Virus record (IMG/VR): IMGVR_UViG_3300046010_015054
Coordinates: 106,106-170,105 of that record
DNA: 64,000 nucleotides
Direction: 5' to 3' (one strand)
Origin: a virus
A program made the position numbers and the translations under genes. Within the stretch, counting starts at the first letter, position 1; each line of letters starts with the position of its first letter. The notes under the pieces are model-generated. The model did no database searches. It was given only the letters and a program-made list of their open reading frames with translations, and had not been told where the DNA came from. Of the stretch, positions 22,029 through 31,669 are shown piece after piece.

Positions 22029-22324
22029 AGATACTTAGTGTCTATGGCTTTTGATTGAGCTGCTAATTTTTTAGGATTTACTAATTTGTATTTCCAAGCT
22101 TTAACGTAATAATTGTCTGTAACTCCTTTGGGTCCTGCTTTAGGACCAGGTCCTAATGTTGCACCTGGATCAGCTTCTGGAAGGGGTTGTTTTTTAGTTT
22201 TCTTAAATGCAAATGGAGTAGCATATTGAGCACCTGTACCAGGTGTAAAAGAAGCAGACCCCATTGTTCCTGAGGTCTCGTCTACTTTCTTAGCTAATTT
22301 GTATTTATAGTGTTGATTTGCCAT
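22007..22324 (-). CDS. Hypothetical basic head-associated protein
   Basis: G.GAQYATPFAF motif; overlaps both neighbours. Confidence 0.55.
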   Translation of the reverse strand: MANQHYKYKLAKKVDETSGTMGSASFTPGTGAQYATPFAFKKTKKQPLPEADPGATLGPGPKAGPKGVTDNYYVKAWKYKLVNPKKLAAQSKAIDTKYLWGTKYV

Positions 22325-23174
22325 TTATACTTCTAAATTCTTCTAAGAGTTCAGCATACATTAGAAGGTTAGTTATATCTTCATTAGTAATAGGAGTAGG
22401 TTTTTCAATCTCCTTAATTAAAGATAAAACTTCTTCAAGTTTAATAGCGACAACTTTATTATCAACTCCTTTTAAGATAGTATTGAGTTCTTCTTTAATT
22501 AAATTTACTCTTTCGTTATAGAAAGTTTTTAATTTAGACGTAGACTCAACTGAAGTGATAAATTCTTTTAGAATTTCTTTTTGGCTGGGATAGAGGTTGG
22601 CGTATTTACCATTGAATTTTTCAAGCATTAATTTGTATGCTAAAATTCTAACGTCTTGATCCTGATTTTTAAATTCCTCTAGGATATCATTTGTTACTTT
22701 TTCTTCTGAAATAGGTGAAGAACTAAGATATTCTAAAAGAGTTATTTTATTGTTTACAATTAACTCAGGATTTATGAATTCTGAGGAATTGGTAATTTCT
22801 AATAGATTATAGAAAGAGGCAAATGCTTTGTAATTAGGAATTTTATATTTAAAAAATTCTTCTAAGTTATAATGTTTTTTAATCTCATTAATAAGATTAT
22901 ATTTTTCTCTTCTAAGAATACTTCTATTTAATTTAACTGAACTTTCAAGTAAAGTGTTAACTAACATATTAGCTTGAGACTCATGTAATTGAGTGTTTTT
23001 ATTTAAAGCTTCGTATAATTTTAATTCTTTACCTAATTCACTTTTAGCAAAAAAAGTCTTAATGATATTAAGCGCTTGAGAATTTGCACCATTTAGGGTA
23101 TCTGCTGTTACTTGTCTTACAAGTAACTCAAATAGGATACCGGTATTCTTATATTTTGAATGTTTAATATTCAT
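22305..23174 (-). CDS. Hypothetical head-module protein downstream of portal
   Basis: 289-aa helical ORF with its own ATATTTAT motif. Confidence 0.65.
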   Translation of the reverse strand: MNIKHSKYKNTGILFELLVRQVTADTLNGANSQALNIIKTFFAKSELGKELKLYEALNKNTQLHESQANMLVNTLLESSVKLNRSILRREKYNLINEIKKHYNLEEFFKYKIPNYKAFASFYNLLEITNSSEFINPELIVNNKITLLEYLSSSPISEEKVTNDILEEFKNQDQDVRILAYKLMLEKFNGKYANLYPSQKEILKEFITSVESTSKLKTFYNERVNLIKEELNTILKGVDNKVVAIKLEEVLSLIKEIEKPTPITNEDITNLLMYAELLEEFRSINGKSTL

Positions 23175-23211
23175 TCCTAAATCAGGATTTCTTATAAATA
23201 TATCAGGATTC

Positions 23212-25104
23212 TTACTCAGTTAAATTAGATTCATCTAATAATGACTCTTTATTTTTGTCACTTTCAAACACTAATTGTTTAGATAAACTTTCAATTAACG
23301 TTCTGTTTTTAGCGAATACTGATTTAGCATTTTCTAAGGCTAAAGGTGATCCACCTTTAAAATTAGTTCTACCAAATTCTTCTTGGTCGTCAACTTTCAT
23401 TGACTTAACACCTAATCTATCCTTACCAAAATTATCATCTTGAGTATTTCTATCTGATGATTTTTCTTCAGGGCGGCCTAATGGTACTTTTTCATCATAT
23501 CCATCAGGTACTGAGTTAGCTTCATATCTTCCTTTACCATATAAAGAAGCTAAATCGTGTGGGGTACCATAAGATTTACCTGTTTCTAATGGGTCATTAC
23601 CTTCATCAGCAATTTGTTGATTACGGAAAGCACGTTTTTGGTCTTCAATAATAAGATCTCTATATTCATCGAATTGATCTTCACTGAAGTGGAACACATT
23701 ATCGTAAATCCAATCTGTTGGAAGGATTTTACTATCTAAAATATCTTTAGCTAATGCTACTTTTTCTTTTAATAATGCAATTTTTTCCTGATCGTAAATA
23801 ATTGAAGGAGTAGTTAAACTTAACTCGAAATTAGTTAATTGTTCTCCATCATATCCTTGTGTGTATAAGTGTACTAAACCAATTTTATACAATTCAGATA
23901 ATACAATCTTTTGGATACGTTCAATTGTACGAGCAAATCGAATATCTTCAGCAGCTAATGTAGCTTTACCTGTCAAATCTTTCTCGTAACCCATAAACGC
24001 TTTAGGTACCTTAAGAGCAGCAAATAATTTGTCTCTTAAGTAAGCAACGTCTTCAATACCATTGTATTCTAGACCTTTTGTAGTATCGATTTTAGTTGCC
24101 GTGTCATTACCTCTTACTGGAATGAAGAAATCCTCAAGGATATTCTGCATGTTATATTTTAAGTTATATTCACCAGTATTGGGATCCATTAACGGAGTTT
24201 TCTTCATATTGTTGATTGTCTTCTGCATGAAAGCATCAACTTCTTGTGGTGGGATGTTACCTACGTTAATATAGAAAACACGTTTTTCTGGGGCGCGAGC
24301 AATTCTGTGAATAAGCATCGCATCTTCCATTAACACATATTGCTTAAATAAACGACGTGCTGGTTCTAAGTAAGAACGACCATAAGGAAGATAATTTACA
24401 TCCGTAATTAAACGAAAGTGAGCAATCTCATAATTGTCAAATTTAATTTGATTAGCCGTATCTATTTTTTCATTTGGAGTAGCATAGTAACCAGAACCTC
24501 CAGTAAAGTAACCATCTGGGTTGTAGAGGAATTCTACTTTAGATGGGTTTTTAGGGTCAAAATTTTCTTTTCTTTGAATGTGGTAAGCAGTATAAGGAAT
24601 AACATTGTATACTCCGAATTTTTCTGCAATTTCTAATTTGATAAAGAAATCACCATACTTACACATTTGACGAATCCAAGACCATAGGTTGAATTCGATA
24701 TTTAAAACATCATAGAATAAATTGTATAAAGTTTTTTGAATATCTTCATCACTACTTCTAATTTGAAGTACCTCACCCATATCATTTTTTAGGGTACATT
24801 CGTCCGCTACAATATCAAGAGCAGAAGCAATAATTGCATCTGTATCCATCTGATCGTAATCACCATATAGATAAGTTCTATAATATTGATAGTTAAGGTT
24901 AAATTGTTGTGCTAAAAGAGATGTAGCTGCGGGGTTGGTATAAATTTTACCAAATCTATCTACAACTGAGTTGGTTTGGAATTCACCTGTGGTTTGAATT
25001 CTATCTGGGTCAATAACTTTTAATTGACCATCTCCTTCACTACGAATAATAACGTCCGTAGAGAAGAGTCTTCTTAACCTTGAAAATATATCAGTTTGTG
25101 CCAT
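23212..25104 (-). CDS. gp20: Portal protein, T4 gp20-like
   Basis: LMEDAMLIHRIARAPEKRVFYINVGN, EDFFIPVRG, DVAYLRDKLFAALKVP. Confidence 0.95.
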   Translation of the reverse strand: MAQTDIFSRLRRLFSTDVIIRSEGDGQLKVIDPDRIQTTGEFQTNSVVDRFGKIYTNPAATSLLAQQFNLNYQYYRTYLYGDYDQMDTDAIIASALDIVADECTLKNDMGEVLQIRSSDEDIQKTLYNLFYDVLNIEFNLWSWIRQMCKYGDFFIKLEIAEKFGVYNVIPYTAYHIQRKENFDPKNPSKVEFLYNPDGYFTGGSGYYATPNEKIDTANQIKFDNYEIAHFRLITDVNYLPYGRSYLEPARRLFKQYVLMEDAMLIHRIARAPEKRVFYINVGNIPPQEVDAFMQKTINNMKKTPLMDPNTGEYNLKYNMQNILEDFFIPVRGNDTATKIDTTKGLEYNGIEDVAYLRDKLFAALKVPKAFMGYEKDLTGKATLAAEDIRFARTIERIQKIVLSELYKIGLVHLYTQGYDGEQLTNFELSLTTPSIIYDQEKIALLKEKVALAKDILDSKILPTDWIYDNVFHFSEDQFDEYRDLIIEDQKRAFRNQQIADEGNDPLETGKSYGTPHDLASLYGKGRYEANSVPDGYDEKVPLGRPEEKSSDRNTQDDNFGKDRLGVKSMKVDDQEEFGRTNFKGGSPLALENAKSVFAKNRTLIESLSKQLVFESDKNKESLLDESNLTE

Positions 25105-25109
25105 ATCTA

Positions 25110-25117
25110 ATAAATAT
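25110..25117 (-). promoter_or_regulatory. ATATTTAT putative late promoter
   Basis: Overlaps the terminase stop; upstream of portal. Confidence 0.65.
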
Positions 25118-26685
25118 TATAACAACCATCTTAAATCCTCATTTTGCCCATTTACTTTATGGTTATAAGGATTTTCAATTTGACGGCCGTATGCGAATTG
25201 TGGTTGATCTCTTCTTTGAATGTTATTTAAAGCACTTCGAGTTAGATCTAAGTTTTGTTGTTGGAATTTAAGTGAGGTATCTCTTAAGAACATACCAATG
25301 CCAAATGGCATTACTAAGTCATCATTATACCCTGTTTGAGCTTCGGGACGACCATTCTTCCAAACAAATACTTTCATTTCTTCAAGTAAACGCTTTGAAC
25401 GAATAGTTACACTTTTATCTCCCACGAACTCTCTAAATTTATTAACTACTAATGGTCGGGTTCTCATTGACATTGTAAAACCAGGAACCATATTTGAGTC
25501 ATTTTCATATGATTTAAGATACGACTCAGCTGTTAATTGATCACTCTTAGGTGAGTGATAGAGGTTTCTATATCCTCTTTCTATTACGGCTTCAATAGTT
25601 GCCCAACCAATTGAAGCGTTTTCAATAACAAGAAGTGCGTTATTGTATTCAGTAGCAATTGCTACTAAAAGAAAACCAAATTCTCTAGTAGGTAATTGAC
25701 CCTTATATTCTGCTACTTGTATATTAGTTTCAATATCAATTACGTGGAATGTAGAAAAGTCTTTACCATCACCACGAGCAACGTCTGCTAATACCATATA
25801 ATCTCTAGAATAATCAGCAGGTTCCCAAACCCATAAATTTTGGTCTACACCTCGTCTTTCAACTGGATCTTTAATAGTAGTTTCTTTAATAAATTCTAAC
25901 CACTCTGGGTAGAATACTACATCACCTGAAGTGCTAAAGTCACAGTCACATTCTTGTGCTGCTAATCTAGGGTCACCAAGTAATTCGTCTTGTCGTTTTC
26001 GCCAAGCTTCATCTCGTTCAGGGTGTACAAACCAAGGTAATTTGATAGGTAAGAAGTCGTTCTCTCCCGATTCCGCTCTCACCCATGTCTGGTGGAACCA
26101 GTTTCCAGTTCCATAAGGGGTAGAAAGTACTATTGCTCCACCACCCGTTGCTAGTGTTTGTTGTGCTGATGCCCATATTTCTCCAATTCCTTCAATAAAC
26201 GCAGCCTCGTCAATCAACAGAAGAGATACTGCTTCTGATCGACCTGCATCACTTGATGCTGAAGTTGCTTTAATTTGAGATCCGTTACTTAATCGAAGGG
26301 ATAATTTATTGTTTTCGTCTGCTGTTATTTTTAACCATGAAGGTAGATTATCAAACATGAATTTTACTTTCGTAACCATGTTACGAGCAGTTTCCTGTTT
26401 AGTTGCGATACAGAGTACGTTTTTATCTTTATGGAATAACATTAACCATAAAGAATAACCTGCGGCTAAGGTTGAAATGCCTAACTGACGAGATTTAAGT
26501 ACAACTGAGTATGGGTTATCTCTCCAAAGGTGTAATGCCTTTTCTTGGAAAGGATATAAATTAAAATACACCCTACCTCTTTGTGGGTGTTGAATATAAC
26601 AATATTTACGCATAAAGTGTGCTGGGTCAGTAGCACACTTAATATATTCTTGTTGGATTATTTGTCTTAAATTACTATCACTCAT
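25117..26685 (-). CDS. gp17: Terminase large subunit, T4 gp17-like
   Basis: LYPFQ, KSRQLGIST, LLIDEAAF Walker B, STPYG, nuclease DVARGDG.D and C-terminal DDLVM. Confidence 0.95.
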   Translation of the reverse strand: MSDSNLRQIIQQEYIKCATDPAHFMRKYCYIQHPQRGRVYFNLYPFQEKALHLWRDNPYSVVLKSRQLGISTLAAGYSLWLMLFHKDKNVLCIATKQETARNMVTKVKFMFDNLPSWLKITADENNKLSLRLSNGSQIKATSASSDAGRSEAVSLLLIDEAAFIEGIGEIWASAQQTLATGGGAIVLSTPYGTGNWFHQTWVRAESGENDFLPIKLPWFVHPERDEAWRKRQDELLGDPRLAAQECDCDFSTSGDVVFYPEWLEFIKETTIKDPVERRGVDQNLWVWEPADYSRDYMVLADVARGDGKDFSTFHVIDIETNIQVAEYKGQLPTREFGFLLVAIATEYNNALLVIENASIGWATIEAVIERGYRNLYHSPKSDQLTAESYLKSYENDSNMVPGFTMSMRTRPLVVNKFREFVGDKSVTIRSKRLLEEMKVFVWKNGRPEAQTGYNDDLVMPFGIGMFLRDTSLKFQQQNLDLTRSALNNIQRRDQPQFAYGRQIENPYNHKVNGQNEDLRWLL

Positions 26686-26689
26686 AGTA

Positions 26690-27082
26690 TTATAGTTGAA
26701 GTATAGAGAACATTGTTACAACTCCACTTCCAAATCCTATCATAGTCCCATTCCAAAACTTTGCTTTTTTAGCTTGTTTTAAAGCTTTGATTTCGCTTTC
26801 TTTTAATTTTATAATCTCACCTAAAGTAGTTATTTCAACTTCTTTATTTTGAATAAGATTACTTAAATTTTCTATTTGTTCTATTTGTAACTTTACTTTA
26901 GTTTCAGTAGCAAATAATTTTTCTTGACTATATTGGAGTTCAAGTTTACAATCGTTATATTTTGTAATAGCATTAACAATTGTTGAGCGAGGAACTGAGA
27001 TTAGGTCAGTTGAAGAGTTCTGTGAAAGTGCTGGAAAGCTCAGTATCAGACATAGCATTAAGCTTAGCAGTGTTCTTAGCAT
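26690..27082 (-). CDS. Membrane/secreted coiled-coil protein, possible spanin partner
   Basis: N-terminal signal peptide, coiled coil, C-terminal hydrophobic segment; overlaps the upstream gene by 77 nt. Confidence 0.45.
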   Translation of the reverse strand: MLRTLLSLMLCLILSFPALSQNSSTDLISVPRSTIVNAITKYNDCKLELQYSQEKLFATETKVKLQIEQIENLSNLIQNKEVEITTLGEIIKLKESEIKALKQAKKAKFWNGTMIGFGSGVVTMFSILQL

Positions 27083-27356
27083 TTTGTTTCTTTAATTTAA
27101 TTAATTCGGCTTCTTTTTTTGTAATATCTTTATTTATTTGAGCTATTCTATCTTTTATACGATCATTTAATGCTAAAATAGAGTCGTTTGAACTATGTAA
27201 TTCGTCTATTTGTTGTTCGTATTTTTTTTCCTGCTCTTTAAGTAGTCTTTCGTATTCTTTTTTATACGAATTACTTAAAAATAAATGTTGAAAAATCATA
27301 GTTAATACTAAAATAATAATAACTACAAATTGTGGATTATTTTTTATCCAATTCAT
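27006..27356 (-). CDS. Inner-membrane spanin (Rz)-like protein
   Basis: Single N-terminal TM segment followed by a long coiled coil. Confidence 0.45.
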   Translation of the reverse strand: MNWIKNNPQFVVIIILVLTMIFQHLFLSNSYKKEYERLLKEQEKKYEQQIDELHSSNDSILALNDRIKDRIAQINKDITKKEAELIKLKKQNAKNTAKLNAMSDTELSSTFTELFN

Positions 27357-27378
27357 TAGTGTGTTTTCTTTATAAATA

Positions 27379-27909
27379 TTACAAAGAAAGCGCCTTCTTC
27401 ACCTGCTTTATTCGTTCTTCAGTATCACCTTTAATTTCACAATAATTTTTTATTCTGTGTTTATACTTAGATATAGTACTTTGAATAATAAAATTAATTA
27501 AGTTTCTATATTCAAGATCAGTTTCTCGAACACCATTATCCTCCATTTCTACTCCTTCGGGTGATACATAAAATATATAATCGTATTCTGGGAGTAAATT
27601 AGCAGCTAGATTAGCAAAATCTTCAGCATCATTATAATTTATTGATTTAGCTGCTCGTGCAAATGAGATAATATCAATAATAGTACGATCTGTAATAATG
27701 TTATCGTGCATTAATTCACTAGCACGTTCTGCTAGGAACACACATTGACCCTTTAATGTGGAATCTGTATTTAAAGGGATTCCCATCTCCATTAAGTATT
27801 TAGAACGTTCAGTTCTAAACATATAATCCTTAAATTCCGGTAACTCTTTTAATGCATTTACAAGTGTAGTTTTACCTACACTCATAGTACCACAAAAACC
27901 TATTTTCAT
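27379..27909 (-). CDS. P-loop nucleotide kinase / NadR-type AAA_28 ATPase
   Basis: GTMSVGKTTL, ITDRT..D, EDNGVRE. Confidence 0.75.
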   Translation of the reverse strand: MKIGFCGTMSVGKTTLVNALKELPEFKDYMFRTERSKYLMEMGIPLNTDSTLKGQCVFLAERASELMHDNIITDRTIIDIISFARAAKSINYNDAEDFANLAANLLPEYDYIFYVSPEGVEMEDNGVRETDLEYRNLINFIIQSTISKYKHRIKNYCEIKGDTEERIKQVKKALSL

Positions 27910-28286
27910 TGACTATCTCCTTTAAATACTCTATAACTATCTTCTTCGTAATGTTTAGTGGATACCTCAAAAATTGTCGCACCTTGAGTAAGTGCTTTTA
28001 ATTGGTGAGGTTGTCCAATCTCTAAATCTACAACATCTCCTTGAGAGATAATAGTTGATTGTACTGAGGCTTTTTCAGTGTCAATCCAGCTATATTCAAA
28101 TTCTCCTTCAGCTACGTACCATGATTCTTCTTTAATCAAATGGTAGTGCATTGAAAATTTTTTACCTTTTTCAAATACAAGTAGCTTACCACAATATGCT
28201 TCGTGATTAACAATCCAAAGCTCGTGTCCCCAAGCTTTCTTGTGAATATCTCCTTTACGTGGAATTGGTTGATATTTGTGACCCAT
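27906..28286 (-). CDS. Cupin (mannose-6-phosphate isomerase-like)
   Basis: K.WG.E, SMHYH..KEE.WYV..G, H.L.A, EVST. Confidence 0.75.
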   Translation of the reverse strand: MGHKYQPIPRKGDIHKKAWGHELWIVNHEAYCGKLLVFEKGKKFSMHYHLIKEESWYVAEGEFEYSWIDTEKASVQSTIISQGDVVDLEIGQPHQLKALTQGATIFEVSTKHYEEDSYRVFKGDSQ

Positions 28287-28558
28287 TAAAATCTTGTAGT
28301 TCCTTTCATTGAAGCATTTTTATACCAAGGTAAGCCTTCTCTATCTTTGCGTGCTTGGCTCCATTCTTCAAGGGTTAATTGTTTCCCGTATAAATAATAT
28401 TCTTTCTTAAGCTCACTTTCTTCTCCTTCAATAGGTTGAACTGCAGGCCCTTCCCAGTTATGATATTTCCAAGCTTCGCTTCCGCTTTCTCTAAAGAAGT
28501 AGTGATGTGCTCCTTTAGATTTCATTCTTTTTTCTTCGTAAATTGTTTCTTTTTTCAT
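28286..28558 (-). CDS. Hypothetical protein
   Basis: HNWEGPA..EYYLYG motif; translationally coupled to both neighbours. Confidence 0.6.
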   Translation of the reverse strand: MKKETIYEEKRMKSKGAHHYFFRESGSEAWKYHNWEGPAVQPIEGEESELKKEYYLYGKQLTLEEWSQARKDREGLPWYKNASMKGTTRF

Positions 28559-29919
28559 ACGTAATGGCTAATAAATTCTGGGTATTCTTTGTCTCTAAGA
28601 TAATAAGAGAGAATGTCTTCGGCAACATAAATTGCTTGAGCTCCTGATACTGTAATACCACGAGCACTTAATGCATCACCTACAAAGTGTACATTTGAGA
28701 ACTTGGTAAGAGACAAGTTGCGGTAGTTTACAAGTGGTTCAGGAGATAGATATTTTACTTCAGGAATGTAAATACCCCAATCATCTTCTAATGTTGGGAA
28801 TACTTTTTTCATATCCTCGATAAAGTCCATAATGTAAGTCCAATACTCACCCATTACATGTTCTACTCCACTTAAAAATTCAATTTGATAAGCAGATACT
28901 CCATTACCTTCTGAGGTAGTTGAAGGAACTCGAGTAGGTGAATAATACAAACCAGTACCATTAAACTGGAGCTTGTTTACAACATCACGCGACCAAGCAA
29001 ATGGATCTTCAATACCATTAATTTCCATCAAGATACCAAAATTGGTCATATCGTTTCGGTAACGCATGTCTTTTTTAGCGTGACCATTGTAGCTGTGATC
29101 ACCATATGTTTCTTCTACAGCAACATAAGCTGCGTTATTGTTTGTACAGAATGAGCGAAGCGAAACACCTTTATCTTCAAATTTGCGATACAACTTAAAG
29201 TCGTATGAAATGTCGATTAGTTTTTGGAAGTGTTTTTGTGGTGCTTCAAATCGAACTCCAATCTGGACTGATTTGGGTTCGTCTGGTAATTCGTATTGGT
29301 GGGCTAGCTCTTGAGCAAAGTCAATACCTGATTTACCTACTGCAAAAATAAGTTCATCGTAAAAAATGGAATCATTATCCATAGTTGCAAATTCAGGTTT
29401 AACCGAATGCATTACAACCTCGTTGTGTCTAAAATTGATACTGGTTACTTTAGTTTCCCATTTAAACTCTACTCCTTTAGACACTAAATAATCGTACCAG
29501 TTTTTAGCGATTTCAGATAGATAATCTGTACCTACGTGCCAAACGGGAAACAATCGTAAACCGAAATATGGTTTAATAAATTCTGGTTCTGATTCTGGGT
29601 TTGAACACTGTACTTCCTCTGGTTTAGGATGGAAACGCTTAAAATTGGTGATGACTTGATCCATCAATTCCATTGCTTTTTCCTCACCACAATACTTAGA
29701 CAATTGACCTCCAATTGCTGTGTGATAAGTTAGTTTACCATCAGACCAACCACCTGCACCCAAGAAACCAGTCATTACTTCTTCTGGTTTGCGATTGTAT
29801 GGGTCTTTACCCATATCAATGATTGTGATTAGTTCACCAGGATAACCTTTGTCTACAAGCTTAGTAGCAGCATTCACTCCTGCTACACCTGCACCTACGA
29901 TTACAATTTGTTTTTCCAT
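28555..29919 (-). CDS. FAD-dependent oxidoreductase
   Basis: IVGAGVAG Rossmann motif, GAGGWSDGKL, IGVRFE, RSFCTN, NGH, FVGD..RGI..SG. Confidence 0.85.
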   Translation of the reverse strand: MEKQIVIVGAGVAGVNAATKLVDKGYPGELITIIDMGKDPYNRKPEEVMTGFLGAGGWSDGKLTYHTAIGGQLSKYCGEEKAMELMDQVITNFKRFHPKPEEVQCSNPESEPEFIKPYFGLRLFPVWHVGTDYLSEIAKNWYDYLVSKGVEFKWETKVTSINFRHNEVVMHSVKPEFATMDNDSIFYDELIFAVGKSGIDFAQELAHQYELPDEPKSVQIGVRFEAPQKHFQKLIDISYDFKLYRKFEDKGVSLRSFCTNNNAAYVAVEETYGDHSYNGHAKKDMRYRNDMTNFGILMEINGIEDPFAWSRDVVNKLQFNGTGLYYSPTRVPSTTSEGNGVSAYQIEFLSGVEHVMGEYWTYIMDFIEDMKKVFPTLEDDWGIYIPEVKYLSPEPLVNYRNLSLTKFSNVHFVGDALSARGITVSGAQAIYVAEDILSYYLRDKEYPEFISHYV

Positions 29920-29944
29920 ATTTTTACTTATTACACATTAAGAT

Positions 29945-30030
29945 AATAAAAAAAGCCGTAGCCTCAAAATTGAGGCCACAGCTCTCTAAAAAAATTTTAA
30001 AAAATTTTCGACGGGCTATGAATCCGTCTG
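29945..30030 (-). promoter_or_regulatory. Structured leader/attenuator candidate: hairpin plus intrinsic terminator
   Basis: GACGG-AUUCAUAGC-CCGUC hairpin, then a ~13-14-bp terminator stem and U tract just upstream of the FAD oxidoreductase. Confidence 0.55.
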
Positions 30031-30035
30031 TAAGT

Positions 30036-30155
30036 TTATTTACTTAATTTACTTAAGATTGCCTGATTTTCGGCTATTCTTTTTGCAAATTTAAGTTGTG
30101 TTTTTTTATTAACCGGCTTTTTGCCTTTTATTCTTTTTGCTTCTGATTTTGCCAT
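30036..30155 (-). CDS. Small basic protein (39 aa); missing from the ORF track
   Basis: MAKSEAKRIKGKKPVNKKTQLKFAKRIAENQAILSKLSK. Confidence 0.5.
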   Translation of the reverse strand: MAKSEAKRIKGKKPVNKKTQLKFAKRIAENQAILSKLSK

Positions 30156-30243
30156 TTTTCCTGATTGTATAATACACACCTGCTCCGAAGTGAAAAGTAA
30201 GATAAATTATAAAAAAAGATATTATAATTACCTGCTCATTCAT
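30109..30243 (-). CDS. Small single-TM protein (44 aa); missing from the ORF track
   Basis: MNEQVIIISFFIIYLTFHFGAGVYYTIRK...; ATG directly abuts the upstream stop. Confidence 0.4.
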   Translation of the reverse strand: MNEQVIIISFFIIYLTFHFGAGVYYTIRKNGKIRSKKNKRQKAG

Positions 30244-30387
30244 TTATTTTCCTTGTCCTCTGTAAGCTTTTTTGTAAAGTTTACTTGATTTAAGATTTGA
30301 TGTCTTAGTTTTAGCATGAACACCTGGTCTGTTGACTTCGGGTTTTTCTTGGAACGTGTTGGCGGTTTGTGCCTTAATTTTAGCCAT
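30244..30387 (-). CDS. Small basic protein ending KKAYRGQGK (47 aa); missing from the ORF track
   Basis: MAKIKAQ...RPGVHAKTK...YKKAYRGQGK; a YRGQG ending recurs in small proteins of T4-like phages. Confidence 0.65.
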   Translation of the reverse strand: MAKIKAQTANTFQEKPEVNRPGVHAKTKTSNLKSSKLYKKAYRGQGK

Positions 30388-30655
30388 CTATTTTTTCAAT
30401 TGATATTAGTAACTTACCTTCACCTTTTATAGCTCTGTGCCATTGGTGTCTTGGGATAAATATTCGCATCCCTAGTTCTAGTTCAGTAGGTAAGTTATCA
30501 TCTAATTGAAAAGCCCAACCTTTACCTACTTCTAAAATTGTAATAAGACGTCCTTCATCATCACGATGCCAAAGGAGTTCGATGGGATCTATATTCTCAT
30601 CGAACTCTCTTATAATGTTTTGGTCTGTTACCTCTAAATCTTTGTAAGGCCTCAA
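30380..30655 (-). CDS. Small cupin-like protein
   Basis: WHRD.E, W.FQLD..LP, IP..QWHR.IKG. Confidence 0.6.
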   Translation of the reverse strand: MRPYKDLEVTDQNIIREFDENIDPIELLWHRDDEGRLITILEVGKGWAFQLDDNLPTELELGMRIFIPRHQWHRAIKGEGKLLISIEKIDG

Positions 30656-31008
30656 TTCAAATATTTTAATTTATAAAGAGTAGACTCAATCAAAGTCATG
30701 ATTTCATCGATCTGATTTTGTAAGTATGAATCTTCTACAGGTTGTCTTAAAATACCAACTGTTTTAGCTAAAGCTTCAAAATAAGTAATTATTTGTTGTT
30801 TATTAGTATAACCTAACATTTGAAAAGTAGTATACCCGTTTATAATACCATATTTACCTTGATAAGTTTCTACTAAACCATCAACTAAATCGTCAATACC
30901 CTCATAATAACCTTGTAATGCTTTATGTTCAGCAAATGAAGTAGTTTGCAAGTGAAAAATATGCACTTGAGTTTGAGAGTGAAATAAGTAAGAGATTAAT
31001 TTTTCCAT
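30652..31008 (-). CDS. Ferritin/Dps-like four-helix protein (DUF5856-like)
   Basis: HIFHLQT.SFAEHKAL..YY..D.LVE.YQG, NQIDEI..LI..TLYKL. Confidence 0.7.
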   Translation of the reverse strand: MEKLISYLFHSQTQVHIFHLQTTSFAEHKALQGYYEGIDDLVDGLVETYQGKYGIINGYTTFQMLGYTNKQQIITYFEALAKTVGILRQPVEDSYLQNQIDEIMTLIESTLYKLKYLN

Positions 31009-31009
31009 A

Positions 31010-31657
31010 TTACCAGAATCCTGAGAAGTTTGATTTGAGTCCTAAAAGTTTAGCATAACGTGGTAAACGGCAGCTCCAATATGAGGCTTTTGTTCTATCT
31101 TTTTTATTGGGGCAATCGTGTCGAGCAGAAAACGCTTTACGTGCTTGTGGGTTATTTATCTTAGCTGATAAACCTGTTGTATCACCAAATGATACTTTTT
31201 TAATTCCGCCACCTGGTTTTCTTACATAAACGTAGAATTTTTTAGAGCCACCACGTTTTGGTTTACCAATTGGAGGGTTTTTCTTTTTCTTATCAGCCTC
31301 GTTTATTTCTTCTATTTCTTCAAAGATAAAATCTAAAGGAACTCTTTGACCATTATATTCTCCAAAATGTCCTAAGTCTGTTTCTATAAGAATATCTAAA
31401 TCATCACCTTTTACTTCTAAAAGATCACGAGAGTAAAGCATTCTTGCTTCTTCCCACAATTTAAAATATTTCTCGGACCCGGCACGAAATAGATGTTCTG
31501 TAAGCGGTTTTTTATTGTCTATATGGTAAAGTATACCTTCAGACAGCCCAGTGCGTGCTACGAGTTGTTCATTTAACATAGGAGCTTTAGAGCAACCCCC
31601 ACAACCACAACTGCAGCTTTTCTGTTCTGAGATTTTTTGTTTATCCATGGCACTCAT
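31010..31657 (-). CDS. Probable internal head protein with a basic C-terminal domain (DUF5754-like)
   Basis: KKFYVYV..KKVSFGD..ARK.F.ARH.C..YWSC after an INE site; CSCGCGGC near the N-terminus. Confidence 0.6.
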   Translation of the reverse strand: MSAMDKQKISEQKSCSCGCGGCSKAPMLNEQLVARTGLSEGILYHIDNKKPLTEHLFRAGSEKYFKLWEEARMLYSRDLLEVKGDDLDILIETDLGHFGEYNGQRVPLDFIFEEIEEINEADKKKKNPPIGKPKRGGSKKFYVYVRKPGGGIKKVSFGDTTGLSAKINNPQARKAFSARHDCPNKKDRTKASYWSCRLPRYAKLLGLKSNFSGFW

Positions 31658-31669
31658 ATGCCATAAATA

